64,000 nt of DNA from an uncultured delta proteobacterium (GTDB lineage: Bacteria > Desulfobacterota > Desulfobacteria > Desulfobacterales > B30-G6). The notes below the pieces were generated by a model. The model had not been told where the DNA came from and made no database searches. It saw only the letters and a program-made list of their open reading frames with translations. Below are positions 46,301 through 56,615 of this stretch, piece after piece (position 1 is the first letter of the stretch; every line of letters starts with the position of its first letter). Both the position numbers and the translations under genes were made by a program. The stretch spans positions 1,568,001 to 1,632,000 of the forward strand of contig CAWGLD010000001.1 in assembly GCA_963823335.1 (NCBI GenBank), written 5' to 3'.

Positions 46301-46430
46301 CGCCACCGATGGAGGGACCTTTCTCTACCAGATATACATAATACCCGGAGTCGGCAAGGTCCAATGCGGCCTGCATGCCAGCGATACCGCCACCAACGAC
46401 CATGACCGATCCAATTAAATCTTTAGGCAT
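43382..46430 (-). CDS. hdrA: Large HdrA-family flavoprotein (~1014 aa) with selenocysteine (TGA at 46251-46253); about 8 single-base indels in 43540-44580
   Basis: MPKDLIGSVMVVGGGIAG..LDKTFPTNDCAM-U-IISPKL; two QCVGSR/CSxVCC motifs; C-terminal CKGCGLCVASC. Confidence 0.85.
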
Positions 46431-46788
46431 GACCTCTATCTCCTGCGTTAGGTGTTTAATAGTTTATTGATGTTGTGAACCAAAACCGTTATCAATCATT
46501 TAGCAGGATCGACGGACGATTTATCGAAAATGATTGGCTCAAGAACCAATTGGGTTGTGTATATTGTGCAAAATAGCTTGTCAATAATATTCCATGAATT
46601 TTGTTCAAAATGGTTGCGTTCATATAGCTGTCCATAAACAGGTCATAAGTGGGTGTTGTCAAGGTAGATGCCAATAGATTATATTGAACCGCAACAGCGA
46701 GCGCATTCCCCGTAGCTTGCTGCGAGGTTCTTCAATTCAATTTGTTGCCACCTTATGACTAGACAGATAAGATTGAAACAATATTAAA

Positions 46789-47703
46789 ATGATACTACCA
46801 AAAGCGATTATCATCTGCGGGCCGACCGGCGTCGGCAAGACATCTTTTGCCATCGAACTTGCCAAGCGCTTCCAGGGAGAAATCATCGGTGCGGACTCCA
46901 TGCAGATATACCGGCATATGGATATCGGCACCGCCAAACCGACCCTGGCGGAACGATCCATGGTTCCCCATCACATGGTGGACATTGTCGACCCGGACGA
47001 ACCCTTCGATGCGGAGAGCTACGCCACCTTGTCGCTTTCCATTGTAATGGCGCTGCAGGCGCGGCAGGTATTACCCTTCGTGGTAGGGGGCACGGGTCTT
47101 TATATCAAGTCCCTGATTTATGGCCTGTTTGATGTGCAGCCCAGGGACAATGAGATTCGGATCCGGTTGAAGCAGGAGGCTGAAAAAGAAGGTGCCGGGG
47201 CGCTTTTTGAACGATTGCAACAGGTGGATCCCGTAACTGCACAAAAATTGCACCTTAATGATAGTTATCGCGTCATACGTGCCCTGGAGGTCTATGAAGC
47301 ATCAGGCGTACCGATTTCCGAATTTCAACAACGACACCGGTTTCAGGAAAGCAGGCTGACGACACTGAAACTGGGTCTGCATATGGATCGGGGCCAACTT
47401 TATGAGCGTATCGATGCGCGTGTTGACATGATGATCCAAGCGGGTCTTGTGGATGAAGTCAGGCGTCTGCGGGAAGCGGGATATTCAGGAGAATTGAAAT
47501 CCATGCAGTCCATCGGCTATCGTCACATGCACGATTTTTTTTGCGGGCGTCTGGATTGGCCGGAAACCATCCGGACCTTGAAGCGGGATACCCGGCGATA
47601 TGCCAAGCGTCAGATGACATGGTTCAAGGCCGACAGGGAGGTTGTCTGGGTGGATCCGGTTGTTTCCGAAGAGATTGAAAATACGATTAAACAATTTATA
47701 TAA
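46789..47703 (+). CDS. miaA: tRNA dimethylallyltransferase
   Basis: GPTGVGKT, DSMQIY, DIGTAKP, GGTGLY, YAKRQMTW. Confidence 0.95.
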   Translation: MILPKAIIICGPTGVGKTSFAIELAKRFQGEIIGADSMQIYRHMDIGTAKPTLAERSMVPHHMVDIVDPDEPFDAESYATLSLSIVMALQARQVLPFVVGGTGLYIKSLIYGLFDVQPRDNEIRIRLKQEAEKEGAGALFERLQQVDPVTAQKLHLNDSYRVIRALEVYEASGVPISEFQQRHRFQESRLTTLKLGLHMDRGQLYERIDARVDMMIQAGLVDEVRRLREAGYSGELKSMQSIGYRHMHDFFCGRLDWPETIRTLKRDTRRYAKRQMTWFKADREVVWVDPVVSEEIENTIKQFI

Positions 47704-47796
47704 TTGGGGACGATGGTGAAATATGTACATTTGTTCAACTCGTATGTTTAACCAATCGGGTTGAAACAAATGTCAATATTTCACCATCGTCCCCAA
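47704..47796. repeat. 93-bp palindrome with 21-bp perfect arms
   Basis: TTGGGGACGATGGTGAAATAT ... ATATTTCACCATCGTCCCCAA. Confidence 0.85.
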
Positions 47797-47887
47797 ATAC
47801 AAATATCAAGAAATTGTCTTTGACAACTTCCTTTGGCATGTTCATATTAGACCATTGAGAAAATAACTAGAAGGAAAGGAAAAATCA

Positions 47888-48391
47888 ATGACAGCTAAAA
47901 ATAGTCGTTTGCAATGGATGTATAGATGGATACTGTCCGTCGTCATGATGATTGCCATGGGAGCCGGGGTCGGTTTTGCAGTAGAGCCCAAAGACATGGG
48001 CGGATGGGAATTGGGCAGCACCTACAACAGCTACTACAATCCATCGGAGATGGACCGGATCAAATGCACCGTCACGAAGGTAACCACGGTGGTGCCGCTC
48101 AAGGGTATGGCACCGGCTGTTGCGATCCTTGTCGAGGAATCCAAGGGGGATACGACCCTGGTACACATATGCCCGGAGTGGTATTTGGGAATCAAAGATA
48201 TCGGACTCAGGAAAGGTGACGTGTTGAAAATCAGGGGGGCCTGGGCGGAAATCGACGGCAAATTCATTTTTATGGCATCCAAGATCAAAAAAGGCGATTA
48301 CTTTGAGTTGAAGGTCAGATTGACTTCAAATGGAAAGCCTTTTTGGACCATGGGTCCCGAGGAACTGGCCAAGGAAACAGCCAGCAATTAA
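47888..48391 (+). CDS. Exported hypothetical protein (beta-rich, OB-fold-like)
   Basis: RBS AAGGA, signal-peptide-like N-terminus; promoter TTGACA-N17-CATATT at 47820-47848. Confidence 0.75.
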   Translation: MTAKNSRLQWMYRWILSVVMMIAMGAGVGFAVEPKDMGGWELGSTYNSYYNPSEMDRIKCTVTKVTTVVPLKGMAPAVAILVEESKGDTTLVHICPEWYLGIKDIGLRKGDVLKIRGAWAEIDGKFIFMASKIKKGDYFELKVRLTSNGKPFWTMGPEELAKETASN

Positions 48392-48492
48392 ACACGGTTC
48401 AGCGAACGCGAAATAAACAATCCTCTGACGCTTTGCGAACCCACCATAAGGGTTTGAAAAGCCTAGATCACCATTGGATCACCTATTTTGCT

Positions 48493-49413
48493 CTATATTA
48501 CTATTAACCTACCCTGACGGGTGTCGCGGCGTTCCAGCTCCGCCTGGATCCGAGACAGGGTTTCCATCTTGTTCAGGGACCAGTGGGGTGCGACCAGCTC
48601 ATGCGGGTGCGGGTCACTGGTCAGTCTTTGAACGATCATGTCAGCGGGAATGCGCTCTATAAAATCACACACCAGATCCACATAGGCGGTCTGTGTCAGG
48701 CAGCGGTATGATTCCTGTTGGAGCATGGTTTCAAGCCGCGTTCCCCTGATGACATAGAGAAGATGGATCTTGACGCCGTGGATGCCCAGCCGTGAAATAA
48801 ACCTGGCGGTTTCGTGCACATGATCGGTGGTTTCACCCGGCAGACCCAGAATGACATGCGCACATATCTGAATACCCCTGTTTTGGGTCTCCTCGACGGC
48901 TCTCGCAAAACAGGCTGCATCGTGTCCCCGGTTGATCAGGGACAGGGTGCTGTCGTGGGCAGACTGGAGTCCGTATTCGACCCAGACAAGGCACTTGCCC
49001 GCCATCTCCTGCAGCAGGGCCAGTTTGTCCTGGTCGATGCAGTCCGGCCGGGTCCCAATGGAGATGCCCACGATACCGTCCACACTGATGGCTTCCTGGT
49101 AGAGACGTCTCAGGGTTTCAACAGGGGCATAGGTATTGCTGAATGACTGGAAATAGGCCAGAAACTTCCTGGCTTTGTAACGCTTCGACAGTGCTGTCTT
49201 CCCCTGTTCGAGTTGCTGGGTGATGGAGAGCCCTCTATTGTAAGCCCCTGTTCCCGATCCCCGATCATTGCAAAAAATACACCCTTTTGTGGAGATGGAA
49301 CCGTCCCGATTCGGACATGTCATCCCGGCGTCGACGGTAATTTTCTGGACCCGGCATCCAAAACGCTGGCGCAAGTAGGTGCTGAGATCATTGTATCTTT
49401 TGTCTGCTGCCAT
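48493..49413 (-). CDS. TIGR01212 (YhcC/YtqA-like) radical SAM protein
   Basis: CPNRDG..GCIFC, YFQSFSNTY, GTRPDC, EYGLQS, HVILGLPGE. Confidence 0.9.
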   Translation of the reverse strand: MAADKRYNDLSTYLRQRFGCRVQKITVDAGMTCPNRDGSISTKGCIFCNDRGSGTGAYNRGLSITQQLEQGKTALSKRYKARKFLAYFQSFSNTYAPVETLRRLYQEAISVDGIVGISIGTRPDCIDQDKLALLQEMAGKCLVWVEYGLQSAHDSTLSLINRGHDAACFARAVEETQNRGIQICAHVILGLPGETTDHVHETARFISRLGIHGVKIHLLYVIRGTRLETMLQQESYRCLTQTAYVDLVCDFIERIPADMIVQRLTSDPHPHELVAPHWSLNKMETLSRIQAELERRDTRQGRLIVI

Positions 49414-49601
49414 AAGGTGTCTGATCTATCTGCGTTTGGAAAATATCTATACCCAAACCAAAATATTTAACCAATTTTGTTGTGATAAACCCAAAATTCG
49501 AATATCGAAATAATAAATGCAATTATGATTGCTGAATATTTTTGTATTCGTCAATGAATATCCTATCATTGTGCAGCGATTTTATTTTGGGAGAGAATTG
49601 A

Positions 49602-51476
49602 TTGGCTTTTTATTCCAATACATATGACGTCATTGTCGTGGGTGCCGGGCATGCCGGTTGTGAAGCTGCCCTGGTGGCTGCCCGGATGGGTTGCCAGGTG
49701 CTGCTGGTGGCCCTGGACCTGGATAAAATCGCGGCCATGCCCTGTAGCCCTTCCATTGGCGGCATGGCCAAGGGCCAGCTGGTCAAAGAAGTGGATGCCT
49801 TGGGTGGTGAGATGGCCAGAATTACCGACCGTTCGGCCATACAGTACCGGATGCTGAACACCAAAAAGGGTCCGGCTGTACACTCTTCCCGAACGCAGAA
49901 CGATAAGATGCGTTACCATCTGGCCATGAAACAGGTGGTGGAAAACCAGCCCAACCTGACACTCAAGCAGACCATGGTGGAACGACTGGTGGTGGAGGGC
50001 GGGAGGGTCACGGGTATTGAAGACCGTACGGGTTTCGGCTACCAGGCCAAAACAGTGATTCTGGCAACCGGTACCTTTTTGAGCGGTCTTGTTCATATCG
50101 GTTTTTCGTCCATGAAAGCAGGCAGGGCTGGAGAATTTGCTTCATACGGGCTTGCACAGAGTCTCAGGGAACTCGGATTCAGCCTGGGAAGGATGAAAAC
50201 AGGAACCCCACCAAGACTTTACAAGGCCAGCATCGATTTCAGCAGATTCGAGAAGCACGAAATGGATGAAGTGCCCATACTGTTTTCGTATTTTTCCAAA
50301 AGCGCCGAACTGAAACAGATGCCGAGCTATATCGGACATACCAATAAGCGCTCCCATGAGATCGTTCAAAAAAATCTCAAATACTCGGCCCTGTACGGTG
50401 GCATGATCAAGGGTGTTTCGGCCCGCTATTGTCCTTCCTTTGAAGATAAGATCGTGAGATTTCCGGACAGGGATCGTCATCAGATTATCCTGGAGCCCGA
50501 AGGGATCGAGACGAACGAGATATATGCCAGTGGTCTTGGAAACAGTCTTCCCCTGGAGATTCAGATTGAATTTGTACGCTCGGTGGAAGGACTGGAATCA
50601 GCCGAGATCATGCGTCCTGCCTATGCCATCGAGTACGATTTTGTGAACCCGGTGCAGTTGAAGGCGACCCTCGAAACCAAACGTGTGCCGGGTCTGTATC
50701 TGGCCGGACAGATCAATGGCACCTCCGGATACGAGGAAGCGGCCGCCCAGGGTTTGTGGGCCGGAATCAATTCTGCCAGTCAGGTACAGCGGCGACCGGA
50801 TTTCATTCTGGACAGATCCCAGGCGTATATGGGGGTAATGGTGGATGATCTGATAACGCGGGGGACCCGGGAGCCCTACCGCATGTTCACCTCACGGGCA
50901 GAATACCGTCTGATGCTGCGTGAAGACAATGCAGATCTGCGGCTCATGCAGATTGGAAACAGTCTTGGCCTGATCGACGACGACACACTGAAAGACGTGC
51001 ATGACAGGCAAAAACAGATCGCTGCCGAGATCAAGAGAGTCAAAGGGGTGGTGATCAAACCTTCCGAGACCGTAAACACGTATCTGCAAAGCCAGGGTAC
51101 GCGGTTACTGAAAGACGGGATCTATCTGGACCGGCTCCTGAAAAGAACAGAACTATCCTATCATGCTGTCGAAGTGCTGGCACCGGGACCGAACCCCATA
51201 AGCGGGAAAGTGGTCAAACAAGTGGAAATCGAGATTAAATATGAAGGATATATCCACAGGCAAATGCGGGAAATTGAAAAATTCAATCATCTGGAAAAAA
51301 TGAAGATTCCTGCGGGATTCGATTATTTTGCCGTACATGGTCTCTCAAATGAATTGAAAGAAAAGTTGAACGCCATCCAGCCCGTATCACTGGGGCAGGC
51401 ATCCCGAATGGAAGGGATAACTCCTGCGGCCATATCCGTTCTCATGATAGCGCTTAAGGCCGGCCCTGTTATCTAA
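49602..51476 (+). CDS. mnmG: tRNA uridine-34 modification enzyme MnmG (GidA)
   Basis: [56 protein letters not shown]. Confidence 0.95.
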   Translation: MAFYSNTYDVIVVGAGHAGCEAALVAARMGCQVLLVALDLDKIAAMPCSPSIGGMAKGQLVKEVDALGGEMARITDRSAIQYRMLNTKKGPAVHSSRTQNDKMRYHLAMKQVVENQPNLTLKQTMVERLVVEGGRVTGIEDRTGFGYQAKTVILATGTFLSGLVHIGFSSMKAGRAGEFASYGLAQSLRELGFSLGRMKTGTPPRLYKASIDFSRFEKHEMDEVPILFSYFSKSAELKQMPSYIGHTNKRSHEIVQKNLKYSALYGGMIKGVSARYCPSFEDKIVRFPDRDRHQIILEPEGIETNEIYASGLGNSLPLEIQIEFVRSVEGLESAEIMRPAYAIEYDFVNPVQLKATLETKRVPGLYLAGQINGTSGYEEAAAQGLWAGINSASQVQRRPDFILDRSQAYMGVMVDDLITRGTREPYRMFTSRAEYRLMLREDNADLRLMQIGNSLGLIDDDTLKDVHDRQKQIAAEIKRVKGVVIKPSETVNTYLQSQGTRLLKDGIYLDRLLKRTELSYHAVEVLAPGPNPISGKVVKQVEIEIKYEGYIHRQMREIEKFNHLEKMKIPAGFDYFAVHGLSNELKEKLNAIQPVSLGQASRMEGITPAAISVLMIALKAGPVI

Positions 51477-51754
51477 TAAAACTTTTCAATATCAATGAGT
51501 TCAATAACAATAACCTTGCTTGACACAACTGGTCAAAGCGCTTAACTTAGACGCCATAGGGCGACATATGTAATAATTGGATTCAAGGGGAATAGGGTTC
51601 ATTGCTTTTGTTGAGTTTCTTGGGTTCGTTGGGTTGCCGGGGAAATCAATCTTCGGAAAGCAAACACGTGATCCCTTGAACCCTTTTCGCAAACAACTCG
51701 GAAAAGAGATAGCATTTTTAATACAATTAAATAGTAGAAATAAGGTTAAACTAT

Positions 51755-52666
51755 ATGCCTGAAACGGATTACTACAAAGTTCTGGGTCTGGACAAAACTG
51801 CCAGTGCAGAAGAAATCAAAAAAGCCTATCGAAAGATGGCCATGAAATACCATCCGGACCATACAAAAGGCGACAAGGCAGCAGAGGAAACTTTCAAACA
51901 AATCAGCGAAGCATACGCAGTCCTGAGTGACAAGGAAAAGCGTAAGCAGTACGATACCTTTGGATCATCCGGATTCCATCAGCGCTATTCCCAGGAAGAT
52001 ATTTTCAGGGGCTTTGATTTTGGTGATATCTTCAAGGAATTCGGCTTTGGTGGCATGAATTTTACTTCCGGCGGCAGGGGAGGCTCCCGGTTCGCTTTTG
52101 GCGGTGATCCTTTTGGGGGCCGGGCAAGACAGGCAGCCCAGATAAAGGGCTCAGACCTTGTATATGAACTGCCCCTGACCCTGCAGGAAGTAGCCACAGG
52201 TGCCAACAAGGCCATCAGATTCCAGCACAATGATCAAGCGGAGAATATCTCTGTCAAGATCCCGAAAGGAATGATTTCCGGGAAAAAACTGAGAATTGCC
52301 GGCAAGGGGGAAAACAGCCCCTATGGTGGACAGCCCGGTGATCTGTTTATCAAATCTAAAGTTCTCAAGGATCCTGTTTTCAGCGCCAAGGAGTACGACC
52401 TGACCATCACGCGCGATATTCGGCTGAGCGAAGCGATTGGGGGTACCAAGCTCTCGGTCCCGACGCTTAGCGGCCGGGAATTGAGTTTGACCATCCCACC
52501 CGGCACCACTCATAAGACCCGCATGCGGCTGCCGGGGCATGGCCTGCCACACATGAAAGGCTCCGGGAGAGGTGACCTGTTCGTCACGATCCATGTCACG
52601 ATGCCTAAAAACCTGACGAAGGAACAGAAAAAACTGGTACGGATGTTAGCGGATGCCGGGATGTAA
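51755..52666 (+). CDS. Class B DnaJ chaperone (CbpA-like)
   Basis: J domain with HPD, G/F-rich linker, C-terminal domain, no zinc finger. Confidence 0.9.
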   Translation: MPETDYYKVLGLDKTASAEEIKKAYRKMAMKYHPDHTKGDKAAEETFKQISEAYAVLSDKEKRKQYDTFGSSGFHQRYSQEDIFRGFDFGDIFKEFGFGGMNFTSGGRGGSRFAFGGDPFGGRARQAAQIKGSDLVYELPLTLQEVATGANKAIRFQHNDQAENISVKIPKGMISGKKLRIAGKGENSPYGGQPGDLFIKSKVLKDPVFSAKEYDLTITRDIRLSEAIGGTKLSVPTLSGRELSLTIPPGTTHKTRMRLPGHGLPHMKGSGRGDLFVTIHVTMPKNLTKEQKKLVRMLADAGM

Positions 52667-52868
52667 CGAATTTAAATCATTGACAAGAAGACAACTTTCA
52701 TGTAATTTCGTTCCGGCTGCCGCGTAGATGACGTGGCCCGATTTCTGTTCTAACTGAAGCAAATATCCAAAGATACAAAGATCCCGAAGCTGCCTGAAAA
52801 TTATCACATGAAAAATTTAACGTGTGCCTGCTGACCCGAGCGTAGGTACTGACGAGCGAGGGCTTGCC

Positions 52869-55130
52869 ATGATTATCACCTGTGAAAACTGCGAAACCAG
52901 TTTTAACCTGAATGAAAAACTTTTAAAGCCGATGGGTTCAAAGGTTCGATGTTCCAGGTGTAAGCACTTGTTTACAGCTTATCCGCCGGCGCTGCCGGAA
53001 CAAGAGCAAGCAGTAGTCGAAACAGAGGCATCTGAAGAGATCGAAGAAAAAATCGAAGCAGCCGAAGCGCCCGAGCCTGAATCCACTTCTGAAGACACAG
53101 GTGGGATGGCGGCCGATACCATGGAATCTGAATCGTCTCAGGAAGTTGCGGGGGATTTGTTTGCCCAGGAGATCGAGGAGGCGGATGCACCGGAAAGTGC
53201 CGGTCAAGAGACCCCGTTCACGGCTCAGGAAGAGATGGATGAGGTTCTGGATGATCTCGACCTGGAGTCCGACATCGATACGGTTTTCGAAGAGAATGAC
53301 GTCGCAGCGGAAATTGTCGCAGACGATGTTGACGATGGTCAAGAAGCTCCTTCAGAGGAACTGACTGTCGATTTTGCGGATGAAGCGGACGTGACAGACG
53401 AGGCTCAGACCTCGGCAGAAGTGCAAGATGTTTTGGAGGAGATGGAGCTGCCCGGTCTCGAGGAATCTTTCGATAGGGAGCCGGCAGCGGATGGGACGCT
53501 CATCGAGGACGACGTACTGGAAGATCTGGATCTGGAACTTGACGTGACACCCGAAGAGGAAATATCGGTCCAGGAGGACACCACGGACGAGGCGCTCGAT
53601 CTTTCCGATATAGAGATGTCTATGGAATCCGAACCAGAGACCGATAGCGATGAAGATGAACTGGATCTCGATCTCGACCTGGATCTTGACCTGGTTTCAG
53701 AACCGGAAACAGACGCGGGCTTGACCGAAGACGAGGACGACATGGAGTCGGAAGAGCTCGATTTTTCGGATTTTGAAGAAACCGTCATGCTCGATTCATC
53801 CCCGAAGCCTGAAACCGGGAGTGTTTCTGACGATCTCGGGGAGGACCTTGAACTCGAACTTGACCTCGAAATGGCGGATGACGTAGTTCCGGATGTCGAA
53901 CCTGAGCTTCCTTCCATGGAAAAAGAGGGTGTCGAGCTCGAAGATCTCGATTTCGAACTGGAGATGGAGCTTGAGGGGGAGGCTGCAGATGGCACCGAGA
54001 ATGAAGATGTTGATCTTTCAGACATTGAAAAGATGCTGGATATGGATGGCAAAGAGGCTGAAACCATCAGCCTGGTATCTGACCTTGACGATGTCGAAAC
54101 CGAAGTGGAAAAATGGAAAGAGTCGCCCGATGCAGACGATCTGATGGATCAGACAGGCGAAATCGATCTGTCGGACATTATGATCGATGCAGATGACGAC
54201 GACCTGGAAGGAGACATCGAAGACGTAGAACTGGAATTGGACCTTGACGAAGTTTCCGAATCGGTTCTACCAGCAGGTGGTGAACGTGAGCCGGAAAAAA
54301 TCGACATCTCAGGGTTCGATGATTATGATATCCCGGAGGAAGAGGAGCTGACCCTAGAACATATCAACGGGGGAGACATCGAGCTTGAATTTGAAGTCGA
54401 TGGAGAAACCGACGATCTCGATTCAATGGCCACCGTATCCGATGTCGAAGAGATTGGTGTGGGAGCTAAAACCATTGCCTTGGCGGCAACCCAGGAGAAC
54501 GCCGACGAGGACCCGGCCAAGAAAAAAGAAGAAAAGAAGAAAACAAAGAAAATCAAGCCTGCCAGAAAAAGCGGTATTCTGCGACCGGTTGTGCTGCTGC
54601 TGCTCCTGATCTTATTACCATTGGCTGCGGTTGTTCTGCTCGATAGATTCATGGGCATGGATGTTCCGTATGTGACGGAGTATCTGAAGCAGGTGCCTTA
54701 TCTCAAACAGGTGATGTCACCCGAGATGAAGGAGAGTGGTGAGATCAGTGTTGACAACATCAGCAGCAAGTTCGTCGACAATACAGCACATGGGAAATTG
54801 TTTGTCATTACCGGCACGGTGAAAAATGAATTTTCAGAAAGCCGCAAGTATATCAAGATACAGGGTACTCTTTTCTCTGCCGGCAAAATTCTGGCAAAGG
54901 AGGCGACTGTATACGGAGGAAATGTTCTTTCAGACCAGGACCTGTCTGAAATGTCGCTTACGGATATTGACCAGCGCTTGTCGGATAGATTTGGGGATAA
55001 TAAATCCAATTTTGATGTAAAACCGGGAATGTCTATTCCGTTCATGGTCGTGTTTTCGGACCTGCCGGAATCTCTCGAGGAGTTTACCATTGAAATCGCC
55101 GGATCTTTCCCCGTAACGACACAGCAATAA
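52869..55130 (+). CDS. Zinc-ribbon / acidic linker / TM / DUF3426-like protein
   Basis: MIITCENC..KVRCSRC; long D/E-rich region; TM; LFVITGTVKN..IPFMVVF. Confidence 0.85.
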   Translation: MIITCENCETSFNLNEKLLKPMGSKVRCSRCKHLFTAYPPALPEQEQAVVETEASEEIEEKIEAAEAPEPESTSEDTGGMAADTMESESSQEVAGDLFAQEIEEADAPESAGQETPFTAQEEMDEVLDDLDLESDIDTVFEENDVAAEIVADDVDDGQEAPSEELTVDFADEADVTDEAQTSAEVQDVLEEMELPGLEESFDREPAADGTLIEDDVLEDLDLELDVTPEEEISVQEDTTDEALDLSDIEMSMESEPETDSDEDELDLDLDLDLDLVSEPETDAGLTEDEDDMESEELDFSDFEETVMLDSSPKPETGSVSDDLGEDLELELDLEMADDVVPDVEPELPSMEKEGVELEDLDFELEMELEGEAADGTENEDVDLSDIEKMLDMDGKEAETISLVSDLDDVETEVEKWKESPDADDLMDQTGEIDLSDIMIDADDDDLEGDIEDVELELDLDEVSESVLPAGGEREPEKIDISGFDDYDIPEEEELTLEHINGGDIELEFEVDGETDDLDSMATVSDVEEIGVGAKTIALAATQENADEDPAKKKEEKKKTKKIKPARKSGILRPVVLLLLLILLPLAAVVLLDRFMGMDVPYVTEYLKQVPYLKQVMSPEMKESGEISVDNISSKFVDNTAHGKLFVITGTVKNEFSESRKYIKIQGTLFSAGKILAKEATVYGGNVLSDQDLSEMSLTDIDQRLSDRFGDNKSNFDVKPGMSIPFMVVFSDLPESLEEFTIEIAGSFPVTTQQ

Positions 55131-55200
55131 ACAGCTTGACTTCAGCATGTCAAGTTGGTAGGAAACCCGCTGTTAATTTTCGAGAAGTCTGATCCTGATT

Positions 55201-55277
55201 GGCGATGTAGCTCAGATGGTCAGAGCATGCGGCTCATATCCGCAGTGTCCGGGGTTCAATTCCCTGCATCGCCACCA
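55201..55277 (+). tRNA. tRNA-Met (CAT), probably elongator
   Basis: GGCGATG/CATCGCC acceptor stem, TGCGG-CTCATAT-CCGCA anticodon arm, TTCAA T-loop, encoded CCA. Confidence 0.93.
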
Positions 55278-55309
55278 AGCATATGATATCATTAACTTTT
55301 TAATGATTC

Positions 55310-55355
55310 AAGCCCCATCTTGTACAAAAACCTTGTACAAGATGGGGCTTTTTTT
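55310..55355 (+). terminator. Intrinsic terminator after the tRNA
   Basis: AAGCCCCATCTTGTACAA...TTGTACAAGATGGGGCTT + T run. Confidence 0.85.
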
Positions 55356-55450
55356 ATGTGTTCGGCAAAAAATAATTTGACGTCACCCTCATATTTTTTC
55401 CGCATTCGGGGAATTGGACAGAATCTGCTGGGAATGTCAAAACCGGCAAT

Positions 55451-55538
55451 AAAAAAGATATGGCCCCTTTGGGCAATTACAGGGGCCATGGTATGAATGG
55501 AGGGAACACGAACGTCTCATCGTACGGAGGTTCCAATC
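55451..55538 (-). ncRNA. Candidate ~85-nt sRNA with CU-rich anti-Shine-Dalgarno motifs
   Basis: TTGACA-N16-TATTTT upstream; AACCUCC and UUCCCUCCAU; terminator ATGGCCCCT..AGGGGCCAT + T6. Confidence 0.5.
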
Positions 55539-55607
55539 TCAAAATATGTCACAATGTGACATTGTCAACTCTCTATTTCATAAAGCACTGACCTACCCGG
55601 TTTTCCT

Positions 55608-56615
55608 TTATTGCAAGGTATAAATCACACCACCCCAGGTCAGCCCTGCTCCCAAACCAATGAACATGACTGTGTCCTTTGGTTTCAGCATGTTTTTTTC
55701 AATAAGTTCGTCAAGCGCGATAGGAATGGTCGCTGCAGTTGTATTGCCATATCGTTGAATATTGTTATAAATTTTTGCTTCCGGGATATTCATCCGTTCC
55801 CTAAACGCTTCGTTTATTCTCAGGTTTGCTTGATGGGGAATAAACATATTTACATCTTCAATACGTATGTTTGCTTTTTCCAACAACTCCCCTGTTAGCT
55901 TTGGCAGGAGCGTCACAGCTAATTTGAATACAGTTTTCCCATCCATATAAGGAAAATGTTCCTTATTTTGGATAACTGTTGGACTGATTGCTTTTCCAGA
56001 TTTTCGAGCAGGCATTCCTGCTCGCAATGCACCTGCATATTTTCCGTCAGCATGGAGAATCGATGTTATGATTCCAACGTTTTTACTGGTTTCAACCGCC
56101 TCAAGACAAACAGCACCGGCACCATCTGCAAATATCACCGCTGTATCACGGTTTTCGGTAGTGATCTCTAAGTATCGACTTTGAAATTCAGCACCTACCA
56201 AAAGAATCTTCTGTGCTTTTCCGCTCCTGATATATGCGTCACAGATTTCCAGTCCATGCAGAAATCCGGTGCATTGTTGACGGATATCGAGAGCAGGCAC
56301 TTTTTTCGCACCAAGTCGATTTTGCAGGAATACACCGGAACCAGGCACGTTCACATCGGGTGTCATGGTTGCAAATACAATTAAATCTAAATTCTCGGGA
56401 TTCCAGCCCGCTCTTTCCAGTGCGATGATTGCAGCCTCATAGGCAAGGTCCGAAGTCCCCACATCCTCACCTTCATTGACCCAATATCTGGCTTCGATAC
56501 CTGTGCGTTGCACAATCCATTCGTTTGATGTTTCCATCAATCCGCTTAGCGCTTCGTTCGTGACATGTTTTTCCGGTACATATCTGCCGGTGCTTTTAAT
56601 AATAGATCGTTTCAT
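55608..56615 (-). CDS. fabH: Beta-ketoacyl-ACP synthase III (FabH family)
   Basis: WIVQRTGI, QQCTGF, FADGAGA, PHQANLRI, YGNT. Confidence 0.88.
   Translation of the reverse strand: MKRSIIKSTGRYVPEKHVTNEALSGLMETSNEWIVQRTGIEARYWVNEGEDVGTSDLAYEAAIIALERAGWNPENLDLIVFATMTPDVNVPGSGVFLQNRLGAKKVPALDIRQQCTGFLHGLEICDAYIRSGKAQKILLVGAEFQSRYLEITTENRDTAVIFADGAGAVCLEAVETSKNVGIITSILHADGKYAGALRAGMPARKSGKAISPTVIQNKEHFPYMDGKTVFKLAVTLLPKLTGELLEKANIRIEDVNMFIPHQANLRINEAFRERMNIPEAKIYNNIQRYGNTTAATIPIALDELIEKNMLKPKDTVMFIGLGAGLTWGGVIYTLQ

Noticed and set aside
52849-52890. CTGACGAG followed by a short stem, resembling a hammerhead ribozyme core
   Set aside because: The stem is not followed by GAAA and the other stems cannot be formed; the region includes the RBS and start codon
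53405-54067. 220-aa Ser-rich minus-strand ORF
   Set aside because: Antisense shadow of the Asp/Glu-rich coding region
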